From: Monocercomonoides exilis PA203
Taxonomy: Eukaryota; Protista; Preaxostyla
Assembly: GCA_001643675.2 (NCBI GenBank)
Contig: LSRY02000046.1
Location: forward strand, 730,034 to 794,033
DNA: 64,000 nucleotides
Reading direction: 5' to 3'
Both the position numbers and the translations under genes were made by a program. Positions 50,001 through 63,500 of the stretch are shown here, piece after piece. Positions within the stretch are counted from its first letter, which is position 1. Each line of letters begins with the position of its first letter. The notes beneath the pieces were generated by a model. That model was given only the letters and a program-made list of their open reading frames with translations. It did not search any database and was not told the DNA's origin.

Positions 50001-53000
50001 CTTTTTCTCTTCCTTTTCTGCATTCTCCACCACTTTCCTCACCCTCTTCTTCTCCTCCTCTTCCTCCTCCTTCAGTTTCTTCTCCTTCTTCTCCTCTTCC
50101 TTCGTGAGTTTTCTTTTGCTTCCGTCTTTGTTCAGATACCGCTGCATGTTGTAGCATTCCTCCATTAAAACAAGTTCATCTGGAAATGTTGACTCAACAG
50201 TGAACGGCGCAGGCGTCTCAAACAGACTCTTCGGAAATGTGGGAGCTGCTAATTGATCAGGCGGGGCTGCTGGTGCTGCCATCAGAGAAGAAATGATTGA
50301 AGAGGTTTCTTTTTTGTCTTTTTTGTCTTTCTTCTCTTTCTTTTCTGTTTTCTCTGTCTTCTTTGATTTGTCTTTATTAACTTCTGGTTTATTCTCTGAA
50401 GTTGTAGATTCTTTACTTCCTCCTTCTATCTTTCCCATCTTCTCCATCCCTTTCTCCTGCTCCTTCTTGTTCTTCGCATCCATCATCTCCCTCTCATTCA
50501 CCGCCGCCAGCAGCGACCTCACCCTTATCCTTGCTGCCCCCAAGTTCGAAATCTCATCTATCTTAATCTGCGTATAAGGCTTTCCATACGCCAGCATAAT
50601 CTCACTCACTTGATCCGTCGTGATTGCGTCCTGCCCACACCCAAACGACACCATCTGCACCAGATGGATGCGTCTGTTCGGGTGCTTCGCAACAAACGAG
50701 GCAGAGTGATACAGACGTGTGTGGAAGAAGACTGGGTCTAACACTCTCATCGGCCTTTGCAGTGTTGTCTGCCCCAGCGGTGCCACGGAATCTTCAGTCA
50801 AGACAGCACACCCAAGTGAAGTGAACAGCTCAGCCATTCCGTGTGACACCTCAGGGTCGACATGATACGGGCGCCCTGCTAACACTACAGCGTGGATAGA
50901 AGGATGCTCTTCCACAAAGGAGAGGGCGCGCGCGCCTTCGAGGATCATGTCCTGGCGGAAGCGGTCCCACTCTTCGTAGGCGTGGGTGAGCGCTTTCTTA
51001 ACTTCACTGCGGGTCACTGGAGGTGGGAGAGGAAGAGAAGAATTTGAAGAAGAAGCAGAGGAAGAAGATGAAGAAGCAGAAGCAGAGGAAGAGGAAGATG
51101 ATGGATAAGGTGTATTAAGCACAGGCACCACATGCTCCATGAATCTGTCAATCATGTCTTCCTCTGAGAATACAGGCAGAAATGGCGAGAGGCACACCAC
51201 TCCTTCTGGCAAGTCAAGATTCTTCTGCATAATTTCTGGGTATGTCCCAACGATGGGGCAGTGCGAGATATTCGTGGACTCCTTGTCAGTTGCGCGGGTG
51301 AACAGCACCGACGGGTAGAAGATGCGTTTGCAGCGGTGCCTGTTGACCAGATCGAGCACATGGCCGTGGATGAGCTTGGCTGGGTAGCACATTGTGTCCG
51401 AGGGGATGCTGTCTGCACCTGATTTGTACAGAGCAGGTGACGAAACCCCGCTGACCACCACACGCACGCCCAGGTCTGTCAGAAGAGTGAACCAGAAGGG
51501 AAACTCGTCAAACATGTTCAGCACACGCGGGATGCCCATCACACCTCGCGTCGCTTTGTTTGGCGGGAGGGGGATGTAGTGAGAGAAAAGGCGCTTGTTC
51601 TTGTACTGGTGCAGATTGGGGATGTCAGACACACGCACATCATCACCCACCCTTTCTCCTTCGCTTTTCTTCTCTGTGCCCTTCTGCTGCTGCTTCTCTT
51701 CTGCTCCCTTTGCCCGCTCTGCTCCTCTTTCGCATCTATTTCCTGACACATGCTGTCTGCCATCAGAGAAGTGGTTGATGGTGAGGAGACAGTTGTTGAG
51801 ACACCCACCACAGCGCTGCGTGGTGACGGTAGAGGAGAACGAGGAGAGAAGATGAGAAGGGAGAAGAGTAGAGCTGAAGAGCTTGGGAGAAACAATGTTA
51901 GAAGAAGAAGAAGAAGAGGCAGAAGCAATATCCACCCCTTCCCCTTTCATCATTCTTGAATTGTGATTATCTCGTGCAATCAGCGCCATGCCAAATGCTC
52001 CCATAAGCCCAGCAATGTCTGGCCTCACCACATTCCTCCCAATCACTATCTCAAACGATCTGAGGACAGCATCGTTGAAGAAAGTGCCCCCTTGTACCAC
52101 CACATTCGCTCCCAATTCAGATGTGTTCTTGATACGTACCACTTTGAACAGCGCGTTCTTCACAATCGACAGAGCAAGCCCTGCTGAGATGTCAGTGAGT
52201 GTGGCTCCCTCCTTCTGTACCTGCTTCACCCGGCTGTTCATAAACACCGTGCATCTTGAGCCCAAGTCCACAGGTGTGCGCGACTCCAGCCCCATCTTCG
52301 CAAACTGCGCAACAGTCACTCCCATTGACGTTGCAAAGTTCTCCAGAAAAGAGCCACAGCCCGACGAGCACGCCTCGTTCAGCACAATCCGGTCGATCAT
52401 CCCGTCCTCAATGAACAGGCACTTCATGTCCTGCCCACCGATGTCCAGCAGAAAGTCCACACGCGGCACGAAATGCCTTGCTGCTCGAAAATGTGCGACT
52501 GTTTCGACTTCGCCTTCGTCAACTCGCAGTGCTGTTCTCACGAGTGCTTCTCCATATCCTGTCACACCTGACGAGCAGATCAAGAATTTTGGATATTTTG
52601 AATCATCATCATTGGATCCTTCTTCTTGTTTGTTTTCTTTTTGAACTTTTTGTTCCATTTCTGCCTTCACATTCTCCTCAGCCTGTTTGAGTGATTCATA
52701 CAGTCTGCTGATGGAGCGCATACACGACTGAAGAGGCATCCCTTTGTTGCTGCCGTAGTCATTCCACAGAATCTGCGCTTCTCTGCCAATCACAACCACT
52801 TTTGTGGTGGTTGACCCAACATCTATCCCCACATACACAGGTGCGACTGGAGTGATGCTTTCTTTTTCTTTTTCTTTTGCTTTTTCTCCTTCTTCTTCCT
52901 TTTTGTCTTCACTTTTCTTTGATTCCGACTGTTCTGAATGCTCATCCACAACCCTCACAACTGATGCATTCTTCTTCAGATAATCTTCCAAAGACATACG

Positions 53001-54334
53001 AGCCGCTTTGCATCTGCTGTGCCTCTCTGTGAATGCCTTGTATTCTGCCTCGTCAGCAAAAAGAGGAGGCAGACGCGGATTTTCAGAGGGAATTTCAAGT
53101 GATTGTGTAATGCACTGATACAAATGAGACCATTTTTGGATGTGTTCGAAGGGAGTTAAGAGAGGTGCTTCAGATGATGATGCAGATGAAGACGAAGCTG
53201 AACATGAGCATTTGGAATCAGATGATGATGAGCACGAACAACCGCATGCCTTTTGTTCCTCGTTTACTGTTGGAATGACTGGCTCTTTTGGAGTCATGTC
53301 TTTATCTGTTTGTTTCGCTTCACTTGACGCTTCACGGAACATGTCCTGTTTCTGTTCCTCTGCTGCCTCACGCGCAGTAATAGCAGCACCCATTGCAACA
53401 AAGAACAAAGAATTTTTGGGAAAGACAACGTCTTTTTCTCTGTCGAGATTGAGAGCATCTGAAAACCGCTCTCGCAATTCAGAAAGGAAAGTGAGTGGAC
53501 CACCAAGATAAGCAACTTTGCCTTTGATGGCTCTTCCACAAGCCAACCCTGTGATTGTTTGCATCACAACGGCATGCAACACAGATGCTGAAATATCTTC
53601 TTTCGAAGCTCCATCATTCAATAACGCTTGAATATCTGTTTTGGCAAAGACGCCACACCGAGATGCAATTGGATAAATCGTCTTGTGCTTTGATGCGAGT
53701 TCATTAAGCTTTAAAGCTCCACCTTCCTCTTCAAGACGAAGAACGGATACCATCTGATCAATGAATGAACCAGTTCCTCCAGCGCATAACCCATTCATTC
53801 TTTGCTCAGTTTCTCCGTGCTGCCCAAAATATGTGATTTTTCCATCTTCTCCCCCAAGTTCAATTGCAACATCAACTTGCCCTAAAAATGTCTTTATAGC
53901 TTTTGTGCACGCCAAAACCTTTAAGATTTTGTAAATGTTATTTTTTATCAAGAAACTTTATTTCCATTTATTTTTAAAATTTTTTCATACTTCTTGTGTA
54001 AACGGTAACTTTAGAGCGTTTGCAAGTCCCATTCCACCGCTTCCAGATATTCCAATTGAAATTTCATCGAAATATTTTTTCTCTAAAAAAACACACGCAA
54101 AGAATTATAAAAAGTAAATTGTATTCAATAAATGAAACCTTTCGAGTCGGAATCATCAAAATGGAAAATCTCTGTATTTGTCTCTTCAAAAAGTTTCCGA
54201 ACTGCTGTCTTTATATCTGCAAGATGTCTCTCGTACCGAGAAAAGATAAGATTGTTATTTTCATCTAAGCAGACAATTTTCACTGTTGTCGATCCGACAT
54301 CAACTCCAATTGCAAGACGTTTCCTTTGGTCCAT
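47013..54334 (-). CDS. Bacterial-type 2-hydroxyacyl-CoA dehydratase activase fusion (2x BadF/BadG/BcrA/BcrD ATPase domains + DUF2229/dehydratase-like domains; ~2,397 aa)
   Basis: Exons 54139-54334, 53991-54082 and 47013-53918. Domain 1: GVDVGSTTVK, ELGGEDGK, MNGLCAGGTGSF, SRCGVFAKTD. Domain 2: GIDVGSTTTK, LDIGGQDMK, NEACSSGCGSF, SRCTVFMNS, VQGGTFFN. Then CGGCLNNC...GNRC, GIPRVLNMF, CYPAKLIHGH, LAGRPYH, SFGCGQDA, KIDEISNLGAARIRVRSL, GIVGEI, GEGWLL and PWGCLPNHI. Confidence 0.9.
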
Positions 54335-54555
54335 GCTTGATAAATTACAAGGGTGATTGGTTCAAGCAGCAGGAGGAAAAGAAACAAATAATTGCAATAA
54401 TGTGGGTCGATCTAAATGATCATCAAATAAAAAAATAAACATAAATAACACAATTAAAGAGAAAATTTTTGAATGAGATGAAATGAAACAATAAAAGAGG
54501 AAGTGAATGAAAAAAATAGCATATGTAATATGAAGATGAAAGGAAAGGATTATTT

Positions 54556-57500
54556 TCATTCTTTGAATCTTTTAAGATCGTCAACAGCCAATTTGTCGAA
54601 CATTTCTCCTCTTCCCTCACCTTGCCCGTGCTCAACAATTTGGTCCAATAACGTTGCATATTGTTCAAATTCTTTAAACTGCTTTTGTGCTTCTTCTTTT
54701 GCTGCACGGGAAGCATTTGGATTATTCGCTGAAATATGAATGGAAAAAAAAATAAAATTATTAATCAAATTTAAATTCTTTTTAAAAAACAAACCTTTGA
54801 CGTGCAATGCACAGTACAGCAAAGCACTTTCAACTGGATTACGATAAGGAATAAGTGGTCGAAGTTCGCTAACTTTAATCAGTGCATCAATAATCTAAAT
54901 TAAAAGATACAAATTATTAAAAGAATTTTAAGTTAATAAATAAAATAAATTATTGAGAATCAAACCGATTTCCCCAGTGTCTGTTCAAGATACCCATGTG
55001 GTGACAGATCCTCCAGCTTGATAGGCATGTCTGGTGGAGGCAGTCTCTTCGGCAGCTGTGTCTGTGAATACACCCAGGGCTTTCTGAGGAACTTCTGCAT
55101 CTGCTCAGCCGACGCAAAGTAGAACAGCTGCCCGCCATACATCGCACCATATTCAGGCCGCCCTCTCACAAGCCCGTTTTCTTTGTCCTGTGAATTGTTA
55201 TCTCCATTCTGACTGTTTTTAGCATAGCCATCACTTGAACCAAGCGTCTTTTTGTTCTTCTCTGCTTCGTAGAACTCATACAAAGTGACACTACAGAACC
55301 CACCACACGCCACTTTCGATGACACATCCTTCAGCTTCTGCCCTGCTCTTAGCTCTGCCTGCTGCCAGCGGAAGGGAAGATTGCTTGGGAGCGTGGCTGT
55401 TATGTATCTTTTTGGATCTGCCTCAAACACCGCAACATTTCTCTTCGAAGCAAGTGAATACACTTTTCCCGACAAAAACAGCGCAAAACGAGATCCCACT
55501 GAGGCAGAGTCCGCACAATTGAGCAGAACATTCCTATCAACCAGCTCGACTGGGCAGTACGACAGCAGCTGGCTGGTGCGTGTGGACACGAAGTCTGGCA
55601 GCAGAGGCACCCCTCTCACCCTCGCCGGCCTTCTCAGCGCGACACACGCAGCAAACGAGGCCATACAGCGGCAGGAGCGCCGGGCAGTCGCGATGGCCTT
55701 TGTCAGCTGGCGCCACTTGCTGTGCTCTCTCCCTGCGACAAGGGGCGTGTCTTCCTCTTCTCTCGCCAGCTGCACCACGTTGATCTGCGCACTGCCGTCC
55801 CACCGCGCTGTGAGGAAGAAGTGCACAAGACCTGTGTGGTGGATGTTGTGTGTGTTGAATGACATCTCCAGCATCGCATCGTCCAAAAGAGGGAGAGACT
55901 CAATCTGCTCTTCACGTGGAATCACCAGCTCTCGTTTTGCAGCCAGCTTGCCTCGCAGCTCATCTTCTGTTGGTTGTGCTTTGACACTGCCCATTCCTTT
56001 GTTATTTCCATTGCCAGCTGTCAACGCAGGTTTTGGTCTGCTTCTTTTCTGCTGTTGTTGCTGTTGCTTCTGTTGCATTCGCATCTCTTCAAAGAGATCT
56101 CTTCTTTTCTGTTCTCTGTCTCTCTTCAGCCTCTTCTTGGCCTCCTCAAACGTCACATCCACAAACATCACACACTCTGGCAACAACCTCTTCCCTTCCA
56201 TCAGCCTTGCCTGTGTGACAGTTGTAGGGAATCCATCGAGTATCCATCCATGATGAGCAAAGTGTGCCTTAGAGAGGTAGTGCTGCAGACAGTCCACCAG
56301 AAGCTCATCGTCCAGCGACTGACCCATGGCAAGACATGCATTCACCCTCCGAGAGATGGATGTGGATGAGGACACACGGATGGAGCTGTTGACTGCAGCA
56401 GACACCGCGTCTGTGATGGTGGCACGGGGTGTGTGCAGGGCAAGTGACAGTCCGCTCGCTATTGTTGTCTTGCCTGCCAACGGAGCACCCAACACAGCTA
56501 TTCGAGGAGCTAATGTGGGGGATGTGCCCAATGGAAGACGAGGCACAGAGGGAGAAGACGAAGGGGAGAATGAAGAATTTGACAACTGCCCAGATGAAAG
56601 AGTGGTTGTGGTCTTTCTGATTAGTTCAGCATCTGGCTGTGTGGATGAGGCAGAGGGAAGCATTGAAGGGAGCACAAATCGAGCAGGGTGAGAAAGGAAC
56701 TCAGAGCGATGGCCGTGTGAACACAGCACAAACATCGTGTGCCCCACACACGCAAAGCAAGGCAAGGAAGAAGCTTCGAGAAGAGGATCGAATTTGTCTT
56801 TGGATGATTGTGAAGTGAATGAAGAAGAAGTTATTGATGATTGTTGAGTAGATTGACCAGACAGAAGAGAAGAATAAACAGAAGAAGATGATGAAGCAGC
56901 CTGTTTAGATGAAGCAAACTGTGCAGGGTTGATAGCTGTTGACTCCGGTGGATCAATAAACCCGCCGACTTTTGGAATGGAAGAGCGTCCGCAGAACTCC
57001 ATTCCGAGGTGCTTGCAGATCTGCCCCAGCTTCCTCTTCTTCCGCTCAACCGTCAGTTGTGCATCAGCCAATGCCTCTTCTTCTCCTTCTTCCTCTGGCA
57101 ACGCCACAGACGACGGCAGAAGCGCGCAGAACGGAAGAGAATCAGGCATCGTCAGCGCAGACGGGATGAGCGGAGCAGGAGGTGGAGCATCTGGATTCTC
57201 TGCTGCACACACAGGACACGCCCCGCTGAAGAGATGCGACAGCTGCCGTGTTTGTGTAGCCAGGAAGTGCACAGCCATCGGCGGGGGAACAGAATACGCA
57301 TGAAGCAGCAGGCTCTGCCTCGCACCGTCTTTTGGATGCGATCCAGGAAGCGTCCAGAAGCGGGAGCGTGTCACAGGTGCGTCTGCCTCCATTGCTTCAG
57401 AAGGGCTGAGGTGGGTGCGGAGGGCAGCTCTGATGTATCCCTCGACAACAGGCGCCATCCGCGAGGCAGGTACACTTCGCACAGGCACACGCCACTCGGC

Positions 57501-60500
57501 AAAGGCAGAAATGATGGCAGAAGCGACTTCTTCAGACCGTCGGTGCTTCTCAGACGCTTTCTCTTTGGCTTCTTCGATCATCTTCTGCACTTCTGCTTTC
57601 AAGTCAAACGGTTCTTCTTCTTCTTCCTCCTCCTCTGCATCTGCATTCGCCTCGTTGTCTTCCTCTTCCTCTTCCTCTTCTTCTTCCTCGTCGCTTCTCT
57701 TCCTCCTTCTCTTCTTCTTTTTCATCATCTCCTTCATCTTCTCTTCCTTTGCTGCCCGTTTCGCTGCTCTCTTCTGCAGCTGCGCCAGCTTCTTCAGATC
57801 TCTCATTCTTTTCATTTCGCTTGCTTTCTTTTTGATTGCTGCCACGTCAATCATCCTTTTCGTGCAGTCACTTTCGCTCAGTGTCAACTGCAGCACCACT
57901 TCTGGGCACAGCCCTTCCTTCAGCAGCACCTCGCAGTCTTCGGCGGTTGTTGGGAAGCCATCCAGCACAAACCCTTTCAGCGCCTTCAGACGAGAGATGA
58001 GGAGCGGGAACACTGGAATATCTGCCTCTGCTTCCTCTCCTTCTTCCTCTGCTGTGCGTTCTTCGCCTTCTTCTCCTTCTTCCATGTCAAAGCTGTTCTC
58101 ATCATTCTCGTCTCTGCCTTCCTCCTCCTCCTCCTCTGCTCCTTCTTCCTCTGCATCTTTCTCCTTCTCCTCATCCTCCTCTTTCTCGTAGTCCACCTTC
58201 GGCTTCTTCTTCTTTCTGTCCTTTTCTGACAGACCCGCCTTCGAACCAGACGCCAATCTGGCTGCTTCTGCTGCCTCTTTCTTCCTTTCCTCTTCAACAC
58301 GTTTGTATTCTTTCTTCGCCAGCCTTGCCTCTTTCTTCGCCAAATTCTCCGCTTTCATTCCAGCCGCCGCCAGCTCTGCTGCTCGTTTCTGCTGCATCTC
58401 CTCTTCTTTCTTCCACATCATCACCTCTTTCCTCCCAATCACCCGCACACCACACTGCTTCGCTATCATCTCCGCTGCTGTTGTCTTCCCTGCGCCGTGC
58501 GACCCAACCACCACGCATCTCAGAGGAGGCACACAACCTGGTCCCCCTTCGGCATAATAGAAAGGAGCATCCATAAATCGCGCCTGCTGCTCCGCCCCTG
58601 CAAACAAGTAGACGTGGCTGCGGTAGATGCAGCAGAATTGGCTGTCCCCCACCACCAGCGCATTCTCTTCCTTGAATGTGACTGGGCAGAAGTGCCGCGA
58701 CCAGCCAAAGACGCGCTGTGTGGGCAGCACATCGTCGTAGCTTTCCATCCTTTCTGCTCTGGGGAACACAGGACACACAGATTGCAGCACTCTCCCGTGT
58801 GACAGATGCATTGGAAGAGTATATGGCACTTTCACAATGCGGGCGAAACAGTCGGGGATTGGAAGTGGTTTGCCTTTGGATTTCGTTTTGGAAGTGGTTC
58901 TGTTTAGATCGGTGTTATCATTGTCAGCTTCATCACCATCTCCGTCTTCTCCTTCTCCTTCTCCTTCTCCTTCTTCGTTCTCCTCCTCATTTTCATCGTC
59001 TTCTGCAGCATTGGCATATTCTGCATCTTCCTTCGACAGCAGATGCAGCACTTTTGCACTCTCCTTTTTGAACAGCCCCATTCTCCCCACAATTGCTGGG
59101 TGCACACCCATCTCTTCGCTCCACTCATCTTCATCTCCTCTTTCTCCCTCAAAGCTTCCCCTTCTCCCCATCCCTTCCTTCCTCACTGCCTCCACCACTC
59201 GTGCTGCCCTCAGTGACAGCTGGATCTCCTGCACTGCCTCCGCCGGTGCTTCATCCGTATCACTTGCCCCAAGCACCACAACCACATCTGGCTGCACTCC
59301 ACACCGCAGCAGCGCTGCTGCCTGCTCTTTCGTCGCGGGGAAGCCGTCGAGCACCCACCCACGATAGTCTCCCTTCGCAAAGGGCAGACTTGCAGCATAC
59401 GGCATCGGCTCTATCTCTGCATCTGCGCTACTTTCTCCTTCGACTGTGGCATCGCTGTTGGATGTGTCTTTCTTCCCCTTTTGGTTGGAGCCTTTTCCTT
59501 TCTTTTCGTCTTTTGTGCTCTTCTTTCCGGCTGTTTTGGAGTCTTCTTTCTTTTTCCCTTTCTTGTCTCCATCATTTTTGCTTCCACTTGCTCCACTCTT
59601 CTCCTTCTCACTGCCTTTCTTCCCTTTCTTCCCCTTTTGCGAGGTAGCTGTCACTTCAGAAAGTAACGCAGCTGCTGTTGCCTTTGCCGCTTCTGCTGCT
59701 TTCGCTGCCAGTGCATATGGATCAGGCGGTGTATACAGTGCTGTTAGATGCATTTCTGTTTGCTTCTCTTTTTGTTCTTTTCCAGTTGATTTCTTCTTTT
59801 CCTCTTCCACACTTTTGTCTCCTTCTCCTTCTCCTTCTCCTTCTTCATCTGGTGTTGGATCAGCAGCACGACAGGACTCTGCAATATGCGCAGCCAATGT
59901 GTCTGCTGAAATAGATCCCCCGCTCACAATCTCCTTCGCCTCATCCAGTGCAATCTGCTTCGATGTGGTTGGAGGCAGGTCTTCCACATCAATCACACGC
60001 AGATTGAGTACTCGTGACAGAACATGCGCCACAGTCGATTTTCCTGACAAGGGTGGCCCAACAACAACAACACGAAGACCGCTCTTCTCAACAGGAGTTT
60101 TACTCAGTGGTATGCTCACTGGTGGCAGAGGAACTGCTTCTTTCTCTTTCTTTTTGTTGATTGATAAGCCATTTGAAAGATTAGCTGAACCATCTGCACC
60201 TTCAGCGCCGTCTGCTCCTTCATTCTCTCCTTCGTTCATCTCTCCTTCTCCACCGGCCATTCCTTCTTCTCTTTCATTCTCTGCTCCTTCCTCCTCCTCT
60301 TCCTCTTCTTCCTCATCATCATTTGCTTCCAACCCTGCAGAGCCATTCCCATCTGTTGCATTGATATCTTCATCCTCTTCTTCCTCATCTGCATTTCCAT
60401 CCTTCCCTTTCTCCACCGGCTCATCTGGGCAGTCTTCTGGAAGCGGCGGGCCAACCCTCAAAAATCTGCGTGGATTGGCCACGAACAATCGCGCTCTTCT

Positions 60501-63500
60501 TCTCGACGACAAAAGGAAGATGTACCCACGATACCCCACTGCGTTCTGCAGGCTTCCCCTCACCAGCTTCGGATGCTCAATTCCTCCTCCTCTTTCTCCT
60601 CCTCCTCTCTTGTCGTGTCTGTGGAGCGCCCAATGGACTGGGCAGAAGTGTCTGTAGAATGGATGCACCTGCAGTCCCCCAGGTGTGTGCGTGCCACTTC
60701 GCTCACAGAGTCCAGCACAGCACTTTCATCAAGAGAATTGTCTGTTGGTGGAATGTGATTCACGAACTCCACACTGACCAGCCGCTTCTCCCAGTCCGCT
60801 TTCTCCTCTTCTGTCTCCACCACATTCAGCTCAGCTTCTGTCCAGTGGCCATTCACTTGCATCTCCCTTCCTCAGCCTCTCTTTCGCCTTCTTCTGATCT
60901 CCTTGTGAAATAACTCGCCATCTCATTCACTTCCTCCTTCGAGTCGTCTGTTGCTTCCCTCTTCATCTCCCTCTCCAACTGCCTCAGCTGCTTTTGCAGA
61001 CGCCCAATTCTTCTTTCCAGCACAGCCGACGGTGCTGCCTGCTGCCTCCTCTCAGCCAATGCAATCATCAGCCTCAAATCTTCTCTTTGTTTCTCTTTCC
61101 TCTTCTTCTGCTCTGCCTGCTCCTTCTCAATTTCCTTGTCTGTCTTGAACACATCCACCATCTTGCTCCATCTCTCCTTCAGCTCGTTGAATGGAGTTGG
61201 CTCTCTTGGCGGGTTTTTATGGAGAAGACGCTGTCTTTTGACTGTCTTCATCACTGTGATGTATTCTTCCTCTGGCTCTTCATCCTCTCCTTTTCCTTCT
61301 TCTTCTCCCTCTTCAGCTTCGCCTTCCTCGTTTTCATTGCCTTCTTCCTCTGCTTCTCCTTCGTTCATTCTTCCTTCCTCTTCACCTTCTTCTCCATTTC
61401 CTTCTTCTTCCTCTCCTTCTCTGTTCAATGGCATCGGAGCATTCTCATCTTCCTCTCCTTTCTCATTTGCCTCATCTTGTTCAGCACCATTTTCACCCTC
61501 TTCTTCAGCCCTTTTCGCTTTCTCCTTCACAACCTTCTCCTTTACTTCTATCTCTTCCTCATAGTCTTCAATCACAAACGCATCCTCATACTCCTCCATC
61601 TCACTTTGATGCCTCCTTTCCCATTCTTCCATCTTCCTCTTCTTCTCCTTCAGCTCTTCCACTTCACTCACATCCACTCTGTTTCCTGTTGGATGTGGAG
61701 GAAGTGGTGCTCCAGTGTGAGGATTCGCCCATCTGTCTCTGGGAAGAGGGAACAGCAGCTGTGGAGGCATCAGTGGCACAGTTAAAGAGGAGAGGAGAGG
61801 GATGCGGTTGATGGGATCCAAAGGAGAAGGGCAGAGAGGTGGTTGAGAAAGAGAGTGGAGAGAGATGGAGGAAGTGAGGGGAGTGAAGGAAGAGGCAGCG
61901 GAGGGAGGGAGTGGATAGGCTGGGGGAAGAGGCAGAGAGTCCTGGACAGATGTGGCCAGTTGTGATAGAAGTTCAGAGGGAGAATGAGAAGAAGAGAGGC
62001 GGAGGAGATGCTTTGGACGAGGATTGACGAGAGGAGGAGGGAGGGGGTGCTTGGGTGGGAGCGGAGGAGCATCAAGAAGAGAAAGAGAAGAAGAAGAGAA
62101 GAAGAGGAAGATGATGATTGTGATGAAAATGAAGATGAATGTGAAGGAGTGAATGAGCAAGAGACAGAAGTGCCAGATGAAGTGGATGATGACTGGAATG
62201 TTGAATAAAGTGGCTGAGTGATTGCACGACTGGTAGAAGAAGGAGAAGAAGGAGATGATGGACGACGAATGGATTGGGAGGCAAGAAGTGAACGAGATGC
62301 AGAAGATGGAGAAGATAAACGAATTGGTGGCATTGAAGAAGATGATGATGACAATGAGGAAGAAGAAGATGATGTTGATGATTGAATCTGACCCACCATT
62401 TTCCTCTCTCCTTCTTTTTCCTTCCCTTTTTCTTTGATCTCTCCCTCTTTGCCCTTCTGAGGGAAATCCACAGCTACAACTGCAGCTGATCCAGAGACAG
62501 CTTCGTAGTTCATCACCTGTGCTGTGGTTGGAGTGCCATCTGTGGTTGGATCAGAAATACCCTTTCGAGGAGCATAGAAGGAGAGAAGAGGCTCGAGGGA
62601 AGAGAGATCGAAGGGGTCATGGAAGGATGATGATGAGGAGGAGGAGGATGAGGCAGATTCTGAATGTACTGAAGAAAGATGTCTTGATGAAGATAGAAGA
62701 GAAGACGAAGCTGAAGAAGAGGCAGAGGCAGAGGCAGAAGCAGAAGCAGAAGCAGAAGCAGAAGCAGAAGCAGAAGCAGAAGCAGAAGCAGAAGCAGAAG
62801 CAGAAGCAGAAGAAGCAGCAGAGTTTCCAATATGAGATGTCATCATTGCAGATGCTGTCCTTTTCGCCTTTGCCACCTCGTCTGCTCTTTCCAGTGGGAA
62901 CAGCCATCGATCGCTCTCCACAAGCATCTCATGAACAGGCCAGTTGAACAGCTTCGGATCAGAAATGACAGAAGTATCAACACTTTCCTCTCCTTCTCCT
63001 TCTTCTTCCTCTTCTCCTTCTTCATTCCCTTTCTCTTCTTCGTTTTCTTCTTCTTCTCCATTCAGCTCGTCCTCTTCTGCTTCTTTTCCTTCTTCTTCTT
63101 CTTCTTCATTCTGCTCTTCACCTTCCTCCTCTTCTTCTCCTTCTTCTTCCTCTCCTTCCCCTTCTTCTCCTTCTCCCCTTCTCCTCCTCTTTCTCTTCTT
63201 CCCTTCTCCTCTCAAAGCAGCAACAACATCATCTCCAACAGCTGCCACTTCCTTCTCCTTCTTCTTCCACTTTCTTTCCCTCTCCTTCTTCCTCTTCTCA
63301 GCCATCTTCTCTTTCTTCCCCATCGACACTGCATCAATCCCCATCACTTTCATTGCTGCTTTGCTTTCCTTCTCTGTCTCCTCTTCGATTTCTCTGAATT
63401 CTCTCTTCACAATCATCAGAATCGAGTCCTTTCGCGTCTCTTCTTCTCTCTTCTTCATCTGCAGCGTCACCCAACACACTCTCCGATGCTCCCGCGCCTT

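Noticed and set aside
47013-54334. Bacterial contamination or chimeric assembly as the source of the activase gene
   Set aside because: The gene has two spliceosomal introns, host-type low-complexity inserts, and tight eukaryotic neighbours on both sides.
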